Assembly (NCBI GenBank): GCA_038087875.1
Contig: CM075993.1
Coordinates: 5,334,001 to 5,398,000 of the forward strand
Source of the DNA: Malacoraja senta
Taxonomy: Eukaryota
DNA length: 64,000 bases
Reading direction: 5' to 3'
Shown: piece by piece, positions 13,301 through 25,130 of the stretch
Position numbering within the stretch: position 1 is the stretch's first letter
How the letters are laid out: each line of letters begins with the position of its first letter
The notes under the pieces: model-generated
Database searches by the model: none
The model's input: the letters and a program-made list of their open reading frames with translations, nothing else
What the model was told of the DNA's origin: nothing
Made by a program: the position numbers and the translations under genes

Positions 13301-14544
13301 GGTGTCTGGGTGATCGCTGGTCGGCACAGGCTCGGTGGGCCGAATGGCCCGTTTCCCCCGTAAATAGACAACAAGTAAACGAAACAACCGTCTCTCTTGG
13401 CTGAGAGAATGTAGAACCACACACTCTGTAATCGGCGCTGTTAGGGGCAGGTGTGAAGGGGGGACTTCACACTGCAGTAGATGCCATCAGTTCCAGTGTA
13501 CACACACACAACAAGATCTCCATCACCAATTCCCTTATCTCCTTCCCCATCAAGATTCCTCATCCGTTTCCTACTTCACCACGATGACTGCACCTCAAAA
13601 GGCACTTGACTCGCTGTTTATGTAAAGGTAGTGAAAACATAACAAGAGTTGCGGACGTACTGGCCTCCGCTCCTCCAACATACGGTGGCAAAGAGTGGGA
13701 CACTGTGCCACGACTGCACAAGTTACAGCTCGTGTGATCGCACTTCCATGCGAGCATCGTGTACGGTTTGGGTCGTAGGAAAGATGCGGTTACGCTGGAA
13801 AGGGCGCAGAAAAGATTCGCGAGGACGTTATCACGGGTCGCTGCCTTACAGCGCCGGAGACCCGTGTTCGACCCCAACTACGGACGCTGTCTGTACGGAG
13901 TTTGTACGTTCTCCCCGTGACTTTTATAGAAAATAGGTACAGAAGTAGGCCATTCGGCCACTCGAGCCATTCAATATGATTTTTCTCCGAGATCTTCAGT
14001 TTTCTCCCACACTCCAAAGACGTACAGGTTTGTAGGTTAATTGGCCTGGTGTATGTGCAGTGCAAATTGTCCCTAGTGTGTGTGTGTGTGTGTGTGTGGG
14101 GTAGTGTTGATGTGCGGGGATCGCTGGTCGGTGGGGACTCGGTGGGCCGAAGGGCCTGTTTCCGCGCTGTATCTGTAAACTGCACTAAACTAGACTGGAA
14201 GGGCTCGAGTTACGAGGTGAGACTGGAGATCTGGGATTATTGTCCCTCCTTGGAGCAGTGGATGGTAGGGGATGAGTTAACAGAGGTGTATAAAATCACG
14301 AGGGGCATGGATTAAGATAATGTTACCGTCTTTCTCACAAGGCGGGGGAAATCAGAAACGAGAGGACATACGTTCCTTTTAAATATCTTCCCTTTCACCT
14401 GAAACCCAAGGGATATTTTTTTCAAATCATGCTGCCAGAGGAAGTAGTGGAGGTGTGTTCGATTACAACATCTTAAAGGCATTTGCGTGGATGAAAAAGG
14501 ATTCGAACGTAAGTAAACAAATGGGACTTGCTCATAGATTATAT
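7366..14544 (+). repeat. Copy B of the ~7-kb duplication
   Basis: Colinear with 1-6963. Confidence 0.95.
11736..12933 (+). repeat. C-rich pentanucleotide satellite, longer version in copy B
   Basis: About 1.2 kb of the same 5-mers in a different arrangement. Confidence 0.95.
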
Positions 14545-14656
14545 TGGTCAGAATGGAAGTGTTGGGCTGAAGGGCCTGTCTGATTCAATCATTTTGTCCT
14601 GACGCACATTGCAGTTCCTAAATGGAGTATTTTGCAGGATTGGAACCACATGTGAC

Positions 14657-15085
14657 ACGGTGGCGCAGCGGTAGAGTTGCTGCCTCACACCGTCAGGGAC
14701 CCGGGTTCGATCCTGACTAAAGGGCCTTGTCCTACTTAGGCGATTTTTTGGGCGACTGCCGCAAGTTGTTCAACATGTTGGACATTTTTTTGGCGACAGT
14801 GGCGACAATTTTTGCTGTCGTAGGTTGTCGCCAGGTGTCGTAGGTTGTCGCCAGGTGTCGTAGGTTGTCGCCAGGTGTCGTAGGTTGTCGCCAGGTGTCG
14901 TAGGTGAATTCCATTGAAACTAGTCCCTGGCAGCCGCCTAAAGAGTCGCCTAAGTGGGTCAGGCCCATAGTAGGGTGCTGTCTGTATGGAGTTTTGTAAG
15001 TTCTCCCTGTGACCGCGTGGGTTTTCTCCGGGTGCTCCGGTTTCCTCCCACGGTCCAAAGACGTACAGGCTTGTGGGTTCATTAA
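14657..15085 (+). mobile_element. V-SINE 5' part interrupted by a Harbinger-type MITE
   Basis: A box tggcgcagcgg and B box ggttcgatcc; the V-domain gtgggttttctccgggtgctccggtttcctcccac follows the insert. Confidence 0.8.
14721..14967. mobile_element. PIF/Harbinger-like MITE with an internal 20-bp tandem repeat (gtcgtaggttgtcgccaggt x4, 14817-14905)
   Basis: Imperfect TIRs agggccttgtcctacttaggcga / tcgcctaagtgggtcaggccc with TAA/TAG flanks. Confidence 0.65.
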
Positions 15086-15764
15086 ATCGCCGCTCGGTTT
15101 GCTGGGTCAGGCATTATGTCACGTTAAAGCTGTTAGTGTAACCCAGCTGCTGCCGTTGGGATTGCATCAACATTTACAATACAATAATACGTTATTAGCC
15201 AAGTATGTTTTGCAACATGGGAGGAATTTCATTTCAGACATGATGCCTTAGCCGCCACTTCTATGCTAGCCGAGGAACTCCAAACCTGTCATTACGCTGA
15301 ATTGTAGAGAGGATTTATGAATACGATGCCAGGACTCGAGGGCCTGAGCTAGAGGGAGAGGTTGGGCAGGCTGCGACTTTATTCCTTGGAGCGCAGGAGG
15401 CTGAGGGGTGATCTTATAGAGATGGCGTATCAAATCATGAAGGGCGTGGATAGGGTGAATGCACAGTCTTATTCCCAGGGTGGGAAAACCAAGAACTAGA
15501 GGGAAAAGGTTCAGAGAGGAAGGAAGAAACTTAGGGACAAATTTTCACTCAGAGAGCTGTGGGTATATGGAACACGCTGCCAGATGATGTAGTTGAGACA
15601 GATACTGTAACAGTATTTTACAGACACTCGGACAGGTATATGGACAGGAAAGGTTTAGAGGGATGTGTTTTAGAAGGAACTGCAGATGCTGGAAAATCGA
15701 AGGTAGACAAAAATGCTGGAGAAACTCAGCGGGTGCAGCAGCATCTATGGAGCGAAGGAAATAG

Positions 15765-15794
15765 GCAACGTTTCGGGCCGAAACCCTTCTTCAG
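15765..15794 (-). ncRNA. Minimal hammerhead ribozyme motif in a Penelope-like terminal repeat
   Basis: Minus strand CUGAAGA-A-GGGU(UUCG)GCCC-GAAA-CGUU-GC. Confidence 0.6.
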
Positions 15795-16242
15795 ACTGAT
15801 CCTTCTTCAGACTGATAGAGGGATATGGGACAATCGCAGGCAAGTGGGACTAGTTTAGATGGGGCAGTTTGATCAACGTGGCTGGGGTGGGTTTGGCCGA
15901 AGGGCTGCTTAAATGTTCTGCATGATTCTATAACTGAGAATTGTGGACGCAGCCCATGCATCCAGGTTCAGGAACAGCTTCTTCCCCACATCCATCAGGC
16001 TATTAAACACACAACAAATAAGCTCTGAACTGCAAAAGACTATATTATTATTGCACTATATTTATTATTTATTGAACTTTTTTTCTCTTCCCCCGTTATA
16101 TACAATGTTTACATATTCACACATATTCTGTTGTGCTGCAGCAAGTAAGAATTTCATTGTCCCATCTGGGACATATGACAATAAAACACTTTTGACTCTT
16201 GACACAAACCAATCTCCCTTCCATTGACTCCATCGTCATTGC

Positions 16243-16620
16243 AGATTTCTGACTCCTGTACCTTCTACCTGAAGGTAGCAGGGAGATGAGTGTGTGGCCA
16301 GGATGGTGTGGGTCCTTGATGATGCTGCCAGCCTTTATGAGGCAGCGACTGCGATAGATCCCCTCGATGGTAGGGAGGTCAGAGCCGATGATGGACTGGG
16401 CAATGGTCACAACTTTTTGCAGTCTTTTCCGCTCCTGGACGCTCAAGTTGCCGAACGAAGCCACGATGCAACCGGTCAGCATGCTCTCTACTGTGCACCT
16501 GTAGAGGTTAGAGAGAGTCCTCCTTGACAAACCGACTCTCCGTAATCTTCTCAGGAAGTAGAGGCGCTGATGTGCTTTCTTAATAGTTGCATCAGTGTTC
16601 TGGGACCAGGAGAGATCTCC
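16243..16620 (-). mobile_element. Rex1/Babar LINE ORF2 C-terminal fragment
   Basis: DLSWSQNTDATIKKAHQRLYFLRRLRR...YRCTVESMLTGCI...KAGSIIKDPHHPGHTLISLLPSGRRYRS. Confidence 0.85.
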
Positions 16621-16942
16621 TCTCCAATCAGGCAAGAGGTACAGAAGTATGAAAAGTTATGTTGCCAGATTCAGGGACAGTTTCTTTCTTCCCAGCTGAT
16701 ACCAGGCAACAGAACCATCCTAACAATGACTGGAGAGCGGCCCTGAGCTACTATCTACTTCGTCAGAGACCCTCCGACTATCTTCAATCGGATTTTATCT
16801 TGTGCTAAAAGTTATTCCCTTTATCCTGTATCTGTACACTGTGGACGGCTCGATTGCAATCAGGTATAGTCTTTCCGCTGGTACACAAAAATGCTGGAGA
16901 AACTCAGCGGGTGCAGCAGCATCTATGGAGCGAAGGAGATAG

Positions 16943-16972
16943 GCAACGTTTCGGGCCGAAACCCTTCTTCAG
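16943..16972 (-). ncRNA. Minimal hammerhead ribozyme motif in a Penelope-like terminal repeat
   Basis: Minus strand CUGAAGA-A-GGGU(UUCG)GCCC-GAAA-CGUU-GC. Confidence 0.6.
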
Positions 16973-17211
16973 AGCGTCTTTCCGCTGACTGGTTAGCACG
17001 CAACAAAATGCTTTTCTCTGTACATCGGTACGAAAAGATGTCAATTAAATGAAACGTCTTTGACTCCAAAGCCGACACTTTCTGCATTTTTTATATCACA
17101 AATAGTAACCTCAAGGGCTGTAATACTTGTGGCATTCTGCAGAGTGCTACAGAAATGCACGGCTCCTTTTGTCCTGAGAAACGTCTCCTAAATAAATAAC
17201 TATTTACTCAG

Positions 17212-17415
17212 TGTTTACGAAACAGCTGCAGATGCTGGAAAAATCGAAGGTAGGCGGAAATGCTGGAGAAACTCAGCGGGTGAGGCAGCGTCTATGGAGC
17301 GAAGGAAATAGGCAACGTTTCTGAAGAAGGGTTTCGGCCCGAAACGTTGCCTGTTTCCTTCGCTCCATAGATGCTGCTGCACCCGCTGTGTTTCTCCAGC
17401 ATTTTTGTGTATCCT
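17212..17415. mobile_element. Fold-back (inverted pair) Penelope-like terminal repeat with a hammerhead motif at 17321-17350 (+)
   Basis: Arms aatgctggagaaactcagcggg...ggaaataggcaacgttt and aaacgttgcc...ctccagcatt flank ctgaagaagggtttcggcccgaaacgttgc. Confidence 0.7.
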
Positions 17416-19516
17416 CAATGCTCTTCCTCAGTTCTTAAGCCAACAATAAACATTCCTCGAATTCCTACCACTATCTGGCTGGTCGATCGGGTGTGATGAG
17501 AGCGAAAACAACATGGTCAGCTTGAGTAAACACCTCCGTTTAAAATGCATTTGAAAAAGCAAAAAAAAAAACGCAGATGCTGGGAATCCAAAATTAAAAA
17601 CAGAAAATGCTGGGAATAAGTCAATAGGTCAGGATGCCTCTGTGGACAATAGACAATAGACAACATGTTGAAAAATGTCCACGAGAGCCCCGAGTACCTA
17701 CGAGCGGCAATTACCGTAATTCTCCGAGTTCGAATCAGGGGGAAACTCGGGAGAACTCTTGAATTAGCTCGTACAGTGGGACAGGCCCTTAAGTGTACAA
17801 TAGACAATGGACAATTGGTGCAGAAGTAGGCCATTCGGCCCTTCGAGCCAGCATCGCCATTCAATGTGATCATGGCTGATCATCCCCAATCAGTACCCCG
17901 TTCCTGCCTTCTCCCCATATCCCCTGACTCCGCTATCTTTAAGAGCCCTATGTAGCTCTCTCTTGAAAGCATCCAGAGAACCGGCCTCCACCGCCCTCTG
18001 AGGCAGAGAATTCCACACACCACGTTGACATGCTGGAGTAACGCTGGCTCCCAGCGCAGACCGGAGATGCATTGTTAAGGCACGCTGTGAGCTCTTTAAT
18101 AACCAGGTTCCCGTGCAACTTCCTTGCGAGGAGGATCATAAGCCACGAGGAGATAGCCAAAGCAAACAAGATTAAATCGACAATTTAAAAAAAAACATGG
18201 GCAGGAGGGAGCGGAACAGACACTTCCTTCCTCGTCTCCCTCGTCTCCGACCGAGCAGAACCACTGATTAACCCGCGCGCAATGCTACTGCCGGCATCCC
18301 AGTGGAGCGCTGCTCAGCTCAGCTGACAACGTGACTATACCAGCCAGCTTTCTCCCCGCCTCTCACTGGCAGCTGTGCCTTCAGCTGCCTCATCGCCAGC
18401 AGTGGAATCCCCCCCACCCCCCCCACCCAACCCCCCACACCTTAAACCACTCATTAAAATCTTCCGTTAGAATAGTTCAGAGACGCAGCGTGGAAACAGG
18501 CCCTCCGGCCCACCGAGTCCGCCCCCCCCCCCCCCCCCCATACACCAGCTCCATCTTACACACCAGGGACAATTTACACATTTTTACTGAGGCCAGTTAA
18601 CCTCCAAAACCTGTACATCTTTGGAGTTCAGGAGGAGACCGGAACACTCGGGGCAAACCCACGCGGTCACAGGGAGAACGTACGGAGGACTCCCTCTCAG
18701 TCACCTGCCAGCAAGATGGCGTCCAAGCCAGGCGGCTCACCGCGCGCGTCCTGGTCCCAGAAGTGGATTTGAATCGTCCATTACAATCGTTCCACTCTTT
18801 TAAACCTCGAATTCCCTTTATCCTGTATCTGTACATTGTGGGCGGCAGATTGGAGATTTGGAGATACAGGAGAAAGGGAGTTTGGAGATACAGCGTGGAA
18901 ACAGGCCCTTCGGCCCACCGGGTCCGCGCTGACCAGCGATCCCCGCACATTAACACTATCCTACACCCACTAGGGACAATTTTTTTTAAACATTTACCAA
19001 GGCCAATTAACCTACAAACCTGCACGTCTTTGGAATGTGGGAGGAAACCGGAGATCTCGGAGAAAACCCATGCAGGATAGCACACAACCAAAAAACATTT
19101 TGCTGTACCTCTGCACCCGTGGCAATAAAACTAAACTCCAGTAAGCAACTTTCTTTACATGCGGGAAGGAACTGCAGATGTTTTACACCGAAGATGGACA
19201 CAAAACGATGGAGTAACTCAGCGGGACATGCAGCATCTCTTAACGTGGTCCAGTGTCGGGCGTTTTGCTTGTGTGAAAGCAGCTTGGAAGTTTTTGCTGC
19301 TTTTAAGCCGTGCGAGTGCTGTTGGCTGCAAAGTCCTTTGCCGAGTATTCTCCCGGCACGGAAATCCAGATGCAGAACAGCTGGAAGAACTTCCTTCCCT
19401 CCTGGGCCAACTGATAAATGAAACTTGCGCAAGGGCCAGTGTTGTATGTATCATCTATGGAGCGAAGGAAATGGGCGACGTTTCGTCCCGAAACCCTTCT
19501 GGAAATAGGCAACGTT

Positions 19517-19950
19517 TAGACTTGGTTTATACTCGCTAGAATTTAGGAGATTGAGAGGGGATCTTATAGAAACGTACAAAATTCTTATGGGGTTGGACAG
19601 GCTAGATGCAGGAAGATTGTTCCCGATGTTGGGGAAGTCCAGGACAAGGGGTCACAGCTTAAGGATAAGGGGGGAAATCCTTTAAGACCGAGATGAGGAA
19701 AAACTTTTTCACACAGAGAGTGGTGAATCTCTGGAACTCTCTGCCACAGAGGGTAGTTGAGGCCAGTTCATTGGCTATATTTAAGAGGGAGTTAGATGTG
19801 GCCCTTGTGGCTAAAGGGGATCAGGGGGTATGGAGAGAAGGCAGGTACGGGATACTGAGTTGGATGATCAGCCATGATCATATTGAATGGCGGTGCAGGC
19901 TCAAAGGGCCGAATGGCCTACTCCTGCACCTATTTTCTATGTATCTATGT
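19517..19950 (+). mobile_element. CR1 LINE 3' fragment (inverted partner at 20017-20257)
   Basis: [47 protein letters not shown]...[28 protein letters not shown]. Confidence 0.85.
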
Positions 19951-20330
19951 GACAATAGATGCAGGAGTAGGCCATTCGGCCCTTCGAGCCTGCACCGCCA
20001 TTCAATATGATCATGGTTCCAGAGATTCACCACTCTCTGTGTGAAAAAAGTTTTTCCTCATCTCGGTCTTAAAGGATTTCCCCCCTTATCCTTAAGCTGT
20101 GACCCCTTGTCCTGGACTTCCCCAACATCGGGAACAATCTTCCTGCATCTAGCCTGTCCAACCCCATAAGAATTTTGTACGTTTCTATAAGATCCCCTCT
20201 CAATCTCCTAAATTCTAGCGAGTATAAGCCAAGTCTATCCAGTCTTTCTTCATATGAAGTTGGTCGGGGCGTTTTTTCTAGCCTGATGAAAAATGTCCAC
20301 GAGTAAAAAAAAGGTCGTGAATTAGGTCGT

Positions 20331-20612
20331 GAAGGTGGACAAAAATGCTGGAGGAACTCAGCGGGTGAGGCAGCATCTATGGAGCGAAGGAAATAGGCAA
20401 CGTTTCGGGACGAAACCCCTCTGGGTTTCGGCCCGAAACGTTGCCTATTTCCAGAAGGGTTTCGGGACGAAACGTTGCCTATTTCCAGAAGGGTTTCGGG
20501 ACGAAACGTCGCCCATTTCCTTCGCTCCATAGATGCTGCCTCACCCGCTGAGTTGCTCCAGCATTTTTGTCTACCTTCGATACTTTCCAGCATCTGCAGT
20601 TCCTTTCTTGAA
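20331..20612. mobile_element. Fold-back Penelope-like terminal repeat with a central tandem 34-bp unit
   Basis: Inverted arms flank repeats of gaagggtttcgg(c/g)(c/a)cgaaacgttgcctatttcca. Confidence 0.7.
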
Positions 20613-21097
20613 CAAATTAGGTCGTGAAGGTGGGACAGGCCTTTGTTAAAGCCCGCAAGGCCAGGTAACACGGTGGTGGGCGTGACCTAGGGGGCTTGGA
20701 ATGTAGTCACCAGGAATGAGAGGACTCACCTGCAGCCCTGAATGAGGGCAGCCGCAGATAAAAAACAAAGAGCCCTGTCTCCCAGGTGCAAGCTGAGAGG
20801 ACGAATTTCCCATGCCAGCCGTGAGTAATTGGCTTCAGGTAGCTGGATGGTGAAGCAGGCAGGGCCCCAGTTACACCCCACGCCCCCTCCTCCACTCTGG
20901 AAACACTATCTCTTTTGTTTGTCGTTTTATCATGCGCGCAGCATGCGTGGATCAAACAATCTAACCTTCAAACACATTCCCTTCATGACACACCTGCTTT
21001 GCAGTAACCTGGAAGAAATTCTCTTAAATGTTTTTTAAAATCTTTACGACCAGCGATCCCCGTACACTAGCAGTATCCAACACATTAGGGGCAATTT

Positions 21098-21540
21098 ATA
21101 TGCTGTCATATGCTGAGAGAATGGAGCAGCTGGGCTTGTACACTCTGGAGTTTAGAAGGATGAGAGGGGATCGCATTGAAATATATAAGATTGTTAAGGG
21201 CTTGGACACGCTAGAGGCAGGAAACATTTTTCCCGATGTTGGGGGTGTCCAGAACCAGGGGCCACAGTTTAAGAATAAGGGGTAAGCCATTTAGAACGGA
21301 GACGAGGAAACACTTTTTCTCACAGAGTGGTGAGTCTGTGGAATTCTCTGCCTGGTGGCCGGTTCTCTGGATGCTTTCAAGAGAGAGCTAGATAGGGCTC
21401 TTAAAGATAGTGGAGTCAGGGGATATGGGGAGAAGGCAGGAACGGGGTACTGATTGGGGATGATCAGCCATGATCACATTGAATGGCGGTGCTGGCTCGA
21501 AGGGCCAAATGGCCTACTCCTGCACCTATTGTCTATTGAG
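21098..21540 (+). mobile_element. CR1 LINE 3' fragment
   Basis: [23 protein letters not shown]..., ending in cacctattgtctattg. Confidence 0.85.
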
Positions 21541-22039
21541 TCAATAGAGTCCAACCAGCAATTTGAGCATTTTGGCAGTTCCCAAAGTTCCCAACCCCCT
21601 TACTCCTAAGCAGTTAATACACAATTGCCAGTCTGGCACCAAGACACACAAAGGTTAACCTATGATGAGCGTTTGTCGACACCGGGCCTGTACTCGCTGG
21701 AGTTTAGAAGAATGAGAGGGAACCTCATTGAAACTCGCAGAATGGTGAAAGGCTTGGATAGAGTGGATGTGGAGAGGATGTTTCCACAAGTGGGAGAGTC
21801 TGGGACTAGAGCTCACAGCCTCAGAATTAAAGGGCGTTCTTTTAGGAAGGAGATGAGGAGAAATGTCCTTTGTCATTGGGTGGTGAATCTGTGGAATTCT
21901 TTGCCACAGAAGGCTGTGGAGTCCAAGTCAGTGAATATTTTTAAAGGCAGAGATAGATAGATTCTTGATTAATACGGGTGTCAGAGGTTATGGGGAGAAG
22001 GCAGGAGAATGGGTTGGGTGTTTGCACGCCCCAATATAA

Positions 22040-22265
22040 ACGGCCTGTCCCACTTTCAAGACCTAATTCACAATCTTTTTTACTCGTGGACATTTTTCAT
22101 CAGGCTAGAAAAACGCCCCGGCCTACTTGATGCCTTGAGTACCTACGACTAGCATCACGGCCTGCTACGACCTCCTACGACCTCGTGACGACCATGCTGC
22201 GAGTAGGAGTCAAGGGCAAACTCTGCAGAGGTCACGAATTAGGCCGTGAAAGTGGGACAGGTCCT
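22040..22265. mobile_element. PIF/Harbinger-like MITE
   Basis: TIRs ggcctgtcccactttca / tgaaagtgggacaggtcc. Confidence 0.65.
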
Positions 22266-22282
22266 TATCCACATGTAGTATT

Positions 22283-22860
22283 ACTGTATAGGGCTCTGGT
22301 GAGACCACATCTGGAGTATTGGGTACAGTTTTGGTCTCCTAATTTGAGGAAGGACATCCTTGTGATTGAGGCAGTAGGTTCACAAGATTGATCCCTGGGA
22401 TGGCGGGACTGTCATATGAGGAAAGATTGAAAAGACTAGGCTTGTATTCACTGGAGTTTAGAAGGATGAGAGGGGTATCTTATAGAAACATATAAAATTA
22501 TAAAAGGGCTGGACAAGCTAGATGCAGGAAAACTGTTCCCAATGTTGGGCGAGTCCAGAACCAGGGGCCACAGTCTTAGAATAAAGGGGAGGCCATTTAA
22601 GACTGAGGTGAGGAAAAAACGTTTTCACCCAGAGTTGTGAATTTGTGGAATTCCCTGCCACAGAGGGCAGTGGAGGCCAAATCACTGGATGGATTTAAGA
22701 GAGAGTTAGATAGAGCTCTAGGGGCTGGTGGAATCAAGGGATATGGGGAGAAGGCAGGCACGGGTTATTGATTGGGGACGATCAGCCATGATCACAATGA
22801 ATGGCGGTGCTGGCTCGAAGGGCCGAATGGCCTCCTCCTGCACCTATTGTCTATGTTTCT
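22283..22860 (+). mobile_element. CR1 LINE 3' fragment
   Basis: [31 protein letters not shown]...[19 protein letters not shown]. Confidence 0.85.
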
Positions 22861-23186
22861 ACGTAATAGTATTGCTGTTATTGTTTAGTGTTATTGATTA
22901 TTGTACATTTATTGATATGTTTTACGGATCAGCGGACTTGTTCAGCGGCAGCAAGTAAGATTTGCATTGTTCCATGTCAGGCCCGGTGACCAATTAAATA
23001 CTCTTGACTTCACTCTCAATTGCTGACACTGTAGCCAATATTTTCCAGTGCGTACTTTGAACATTTGAGACAAATGACCCGGTCATTATTACCCTGCCTT
23101 CTGTCAGAGCTTGCCGCGCACAAGTTAACTAGCGCTTACAACGTACAACTAAACACTCGGGCTGGAAGCTGCTTGGAGACATCTAA

Positions 23187-23883
23187 AGGGCCTGTCCCAC
23201 TTTCACCAGTTAAGGGGCTGTCCCACTGTACGCGCTAATTCAAGAGTTCTCCCGAGTTTGCCCTGATTCGAACTGGGAGATTTACGGTAATGGCCGCCTG
23301 TAGGTACTCGGGGCTCTCGTGGACATTTTTCAACATGCTGAAAAATCTTCACGGGTCTTTCCCGAGCATCTGCCGTTAGTGTTACGAGCCGCGAAGAGGC
23401 GCCCCTGAGCTCCGACGTACCCGCTACGTACATTCTACGTGCTTACCACGAGTTTTAACTTGGGAGAGCTCTTGGGTGAACTCGTACAGTGGGACCGGCC
23501 CTTTATTCACGAATTCTCCCGCGTTTTCCCCTTGATTCAAACTCACAGAATGTTCGTAACGGGAGTTCGTAGATATATCGCGGCTGCTCGTTACGCCAGC
23601 CGTAGGTACTCGGGGCATCGGGTAAGTCGGGATGGTTTTTTCCTGCCCGATAAAAAATGTCCACGTGTAAAAAAATGGTCGGGATGAAAGAAATTGCAAC
23701 TTTTACTCGTAAGGAGGGCATCGAAATAGTCGTGGGAATTCGTAGACGTACTCGTAGGAGTTCGTGACCATAGTCGTGGAAGGTCGTACGAGTTCGTAGA
23801 TTGCCACGATCTTGATTTTTTTTTTTAGATCCTTTAAACTCAGCAGAGGTTTTGAATTAAGTCGTGAAAGTGGGACGGGCCAT
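23187..23883. mobile_element. PIF/Harbinger-like MITE carrying a second MITE (23213-23502) inserted with a TTA target duplication
   Basis: Outer TIRs agggcctgtcccact / agtgggacgggcc. Inner TIRs aggggctgtcccactgtacg / cgtacagtgggaccggccct, flanked by tta...tta. Confidence 0.75.
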
Positions 23884-24689
23884 TTAAAAGTGATATGAAA
23901 GATAGAAATGTTTAAGAAGGAACTGCAGATGCTGGAAAAATCGAAGGTAGACAAAAATGCTGGAGAAACTCAGCGGGTGAGGCAGCATCTATGGAGCGAA
24001 GGAAATAGGCAACATTTCGGGTCAAAATCCTTCTTCAGACTGACTGCAGGTGCTGGTTTACACCAAAGATAAGACACAAAGTGCTGGAGTAACTCACGGG
24101 TCAGGCAGCATCTCTGGAGAATATGAATAGGTCCCGTCTCAAAAAGTCGCCCATCCATGTTCTCCAGAGATGCTGCCTGCCTGACTGAGTTACTCCAGCA
24201 CTTTGTGTCTTATCTTTGGTATAAACCAGCTGGAAAAATCTACGGTGGACAAAAATGCTGGAGAAACTCAGCGGGTGAGGCAGCATCTATGGAGCGAAGG
24301 AAATAGGTGACGTTTCGGCCCGAAACGTCACCTATTCCTTCGCTCCATAGATGCTGCCTCTGAGTTTCTCCAGCATTTTTTGTCCACCTGAAAGATAGAA
24401 AATGAATCTGCTTTTATAAAACCCTGACTTCCACCTCACCTTTCTTTTAATCAAGGGAGATCGCCACAATGTGCAGCGGCCTTCCTTTGTGCGCCGGGTT
24501 CAACGGTTAAACTACTCGAGAAGCCCATCCATCATCCGCCACCTAGCGCTGAGTAAACACCGTAACCACAGCAACCGAACACTCTGGCCAAAGACCACTA
24601 TTGTACACGCCACACAACATGTTACACCGCACAGTCTTTTCTTTTCGCTGTCCTGGATAATTTATGTATAATCTCACGTGTTTGTCCGA

Positions 24690-25130
24690 GTAGGTTTGTA
24701 TTCACTGGAGTTTAGAAGGATTGGGGGGGGGGGGGGGTCTTAATAGAAACATACCAAATTATAAAAGGACTGGACAAGCTAGATGCAGGAAAAAATGTTC
24801 CCAATGTTGGGCGAGTCCAGAACCAGGGGCCAGTCTTAGAATAAAGGGGAGGTCATTTAAGACTGAGGTGAGAAAAAAATGTTTTCACCCAGAGAGTTGT
24901 GAATTTGTGGAATTCCCTGCCACAGAGGGCAGTGGAGGCCAAGTCACTGGATGGATTTAAGAGAGAGTTAGATAGAGCTCTAGGGGCTAGTGGAATCAAG
25001 GGATATGGGGAGAAGGCAGGCACGGGTCATTGATTGGGGACGATCAGCCATGATCACAATGAATGGCGGTGCTGGCTCGAAGGGCCGAATGGCCTCCTCC
25101 TGCACCTAGTTTCTATGTTTCTATGTTTCT
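24690..25130 (+). mobile_element. CR1 LINE 3' fragment
   Basis: Same CR1 C-terminus and UTR as the other copies; tail (ttctatgt)n. Confidence 0.8.

Noticed and set aside
20715..20830. Consensus-like splice signals (minus CAG|GTGAGT near 20729; plus cccag...gtgagt)
   Set aside because: No recognisable coding sequence or partner exons; cannot be supported without transcript data.
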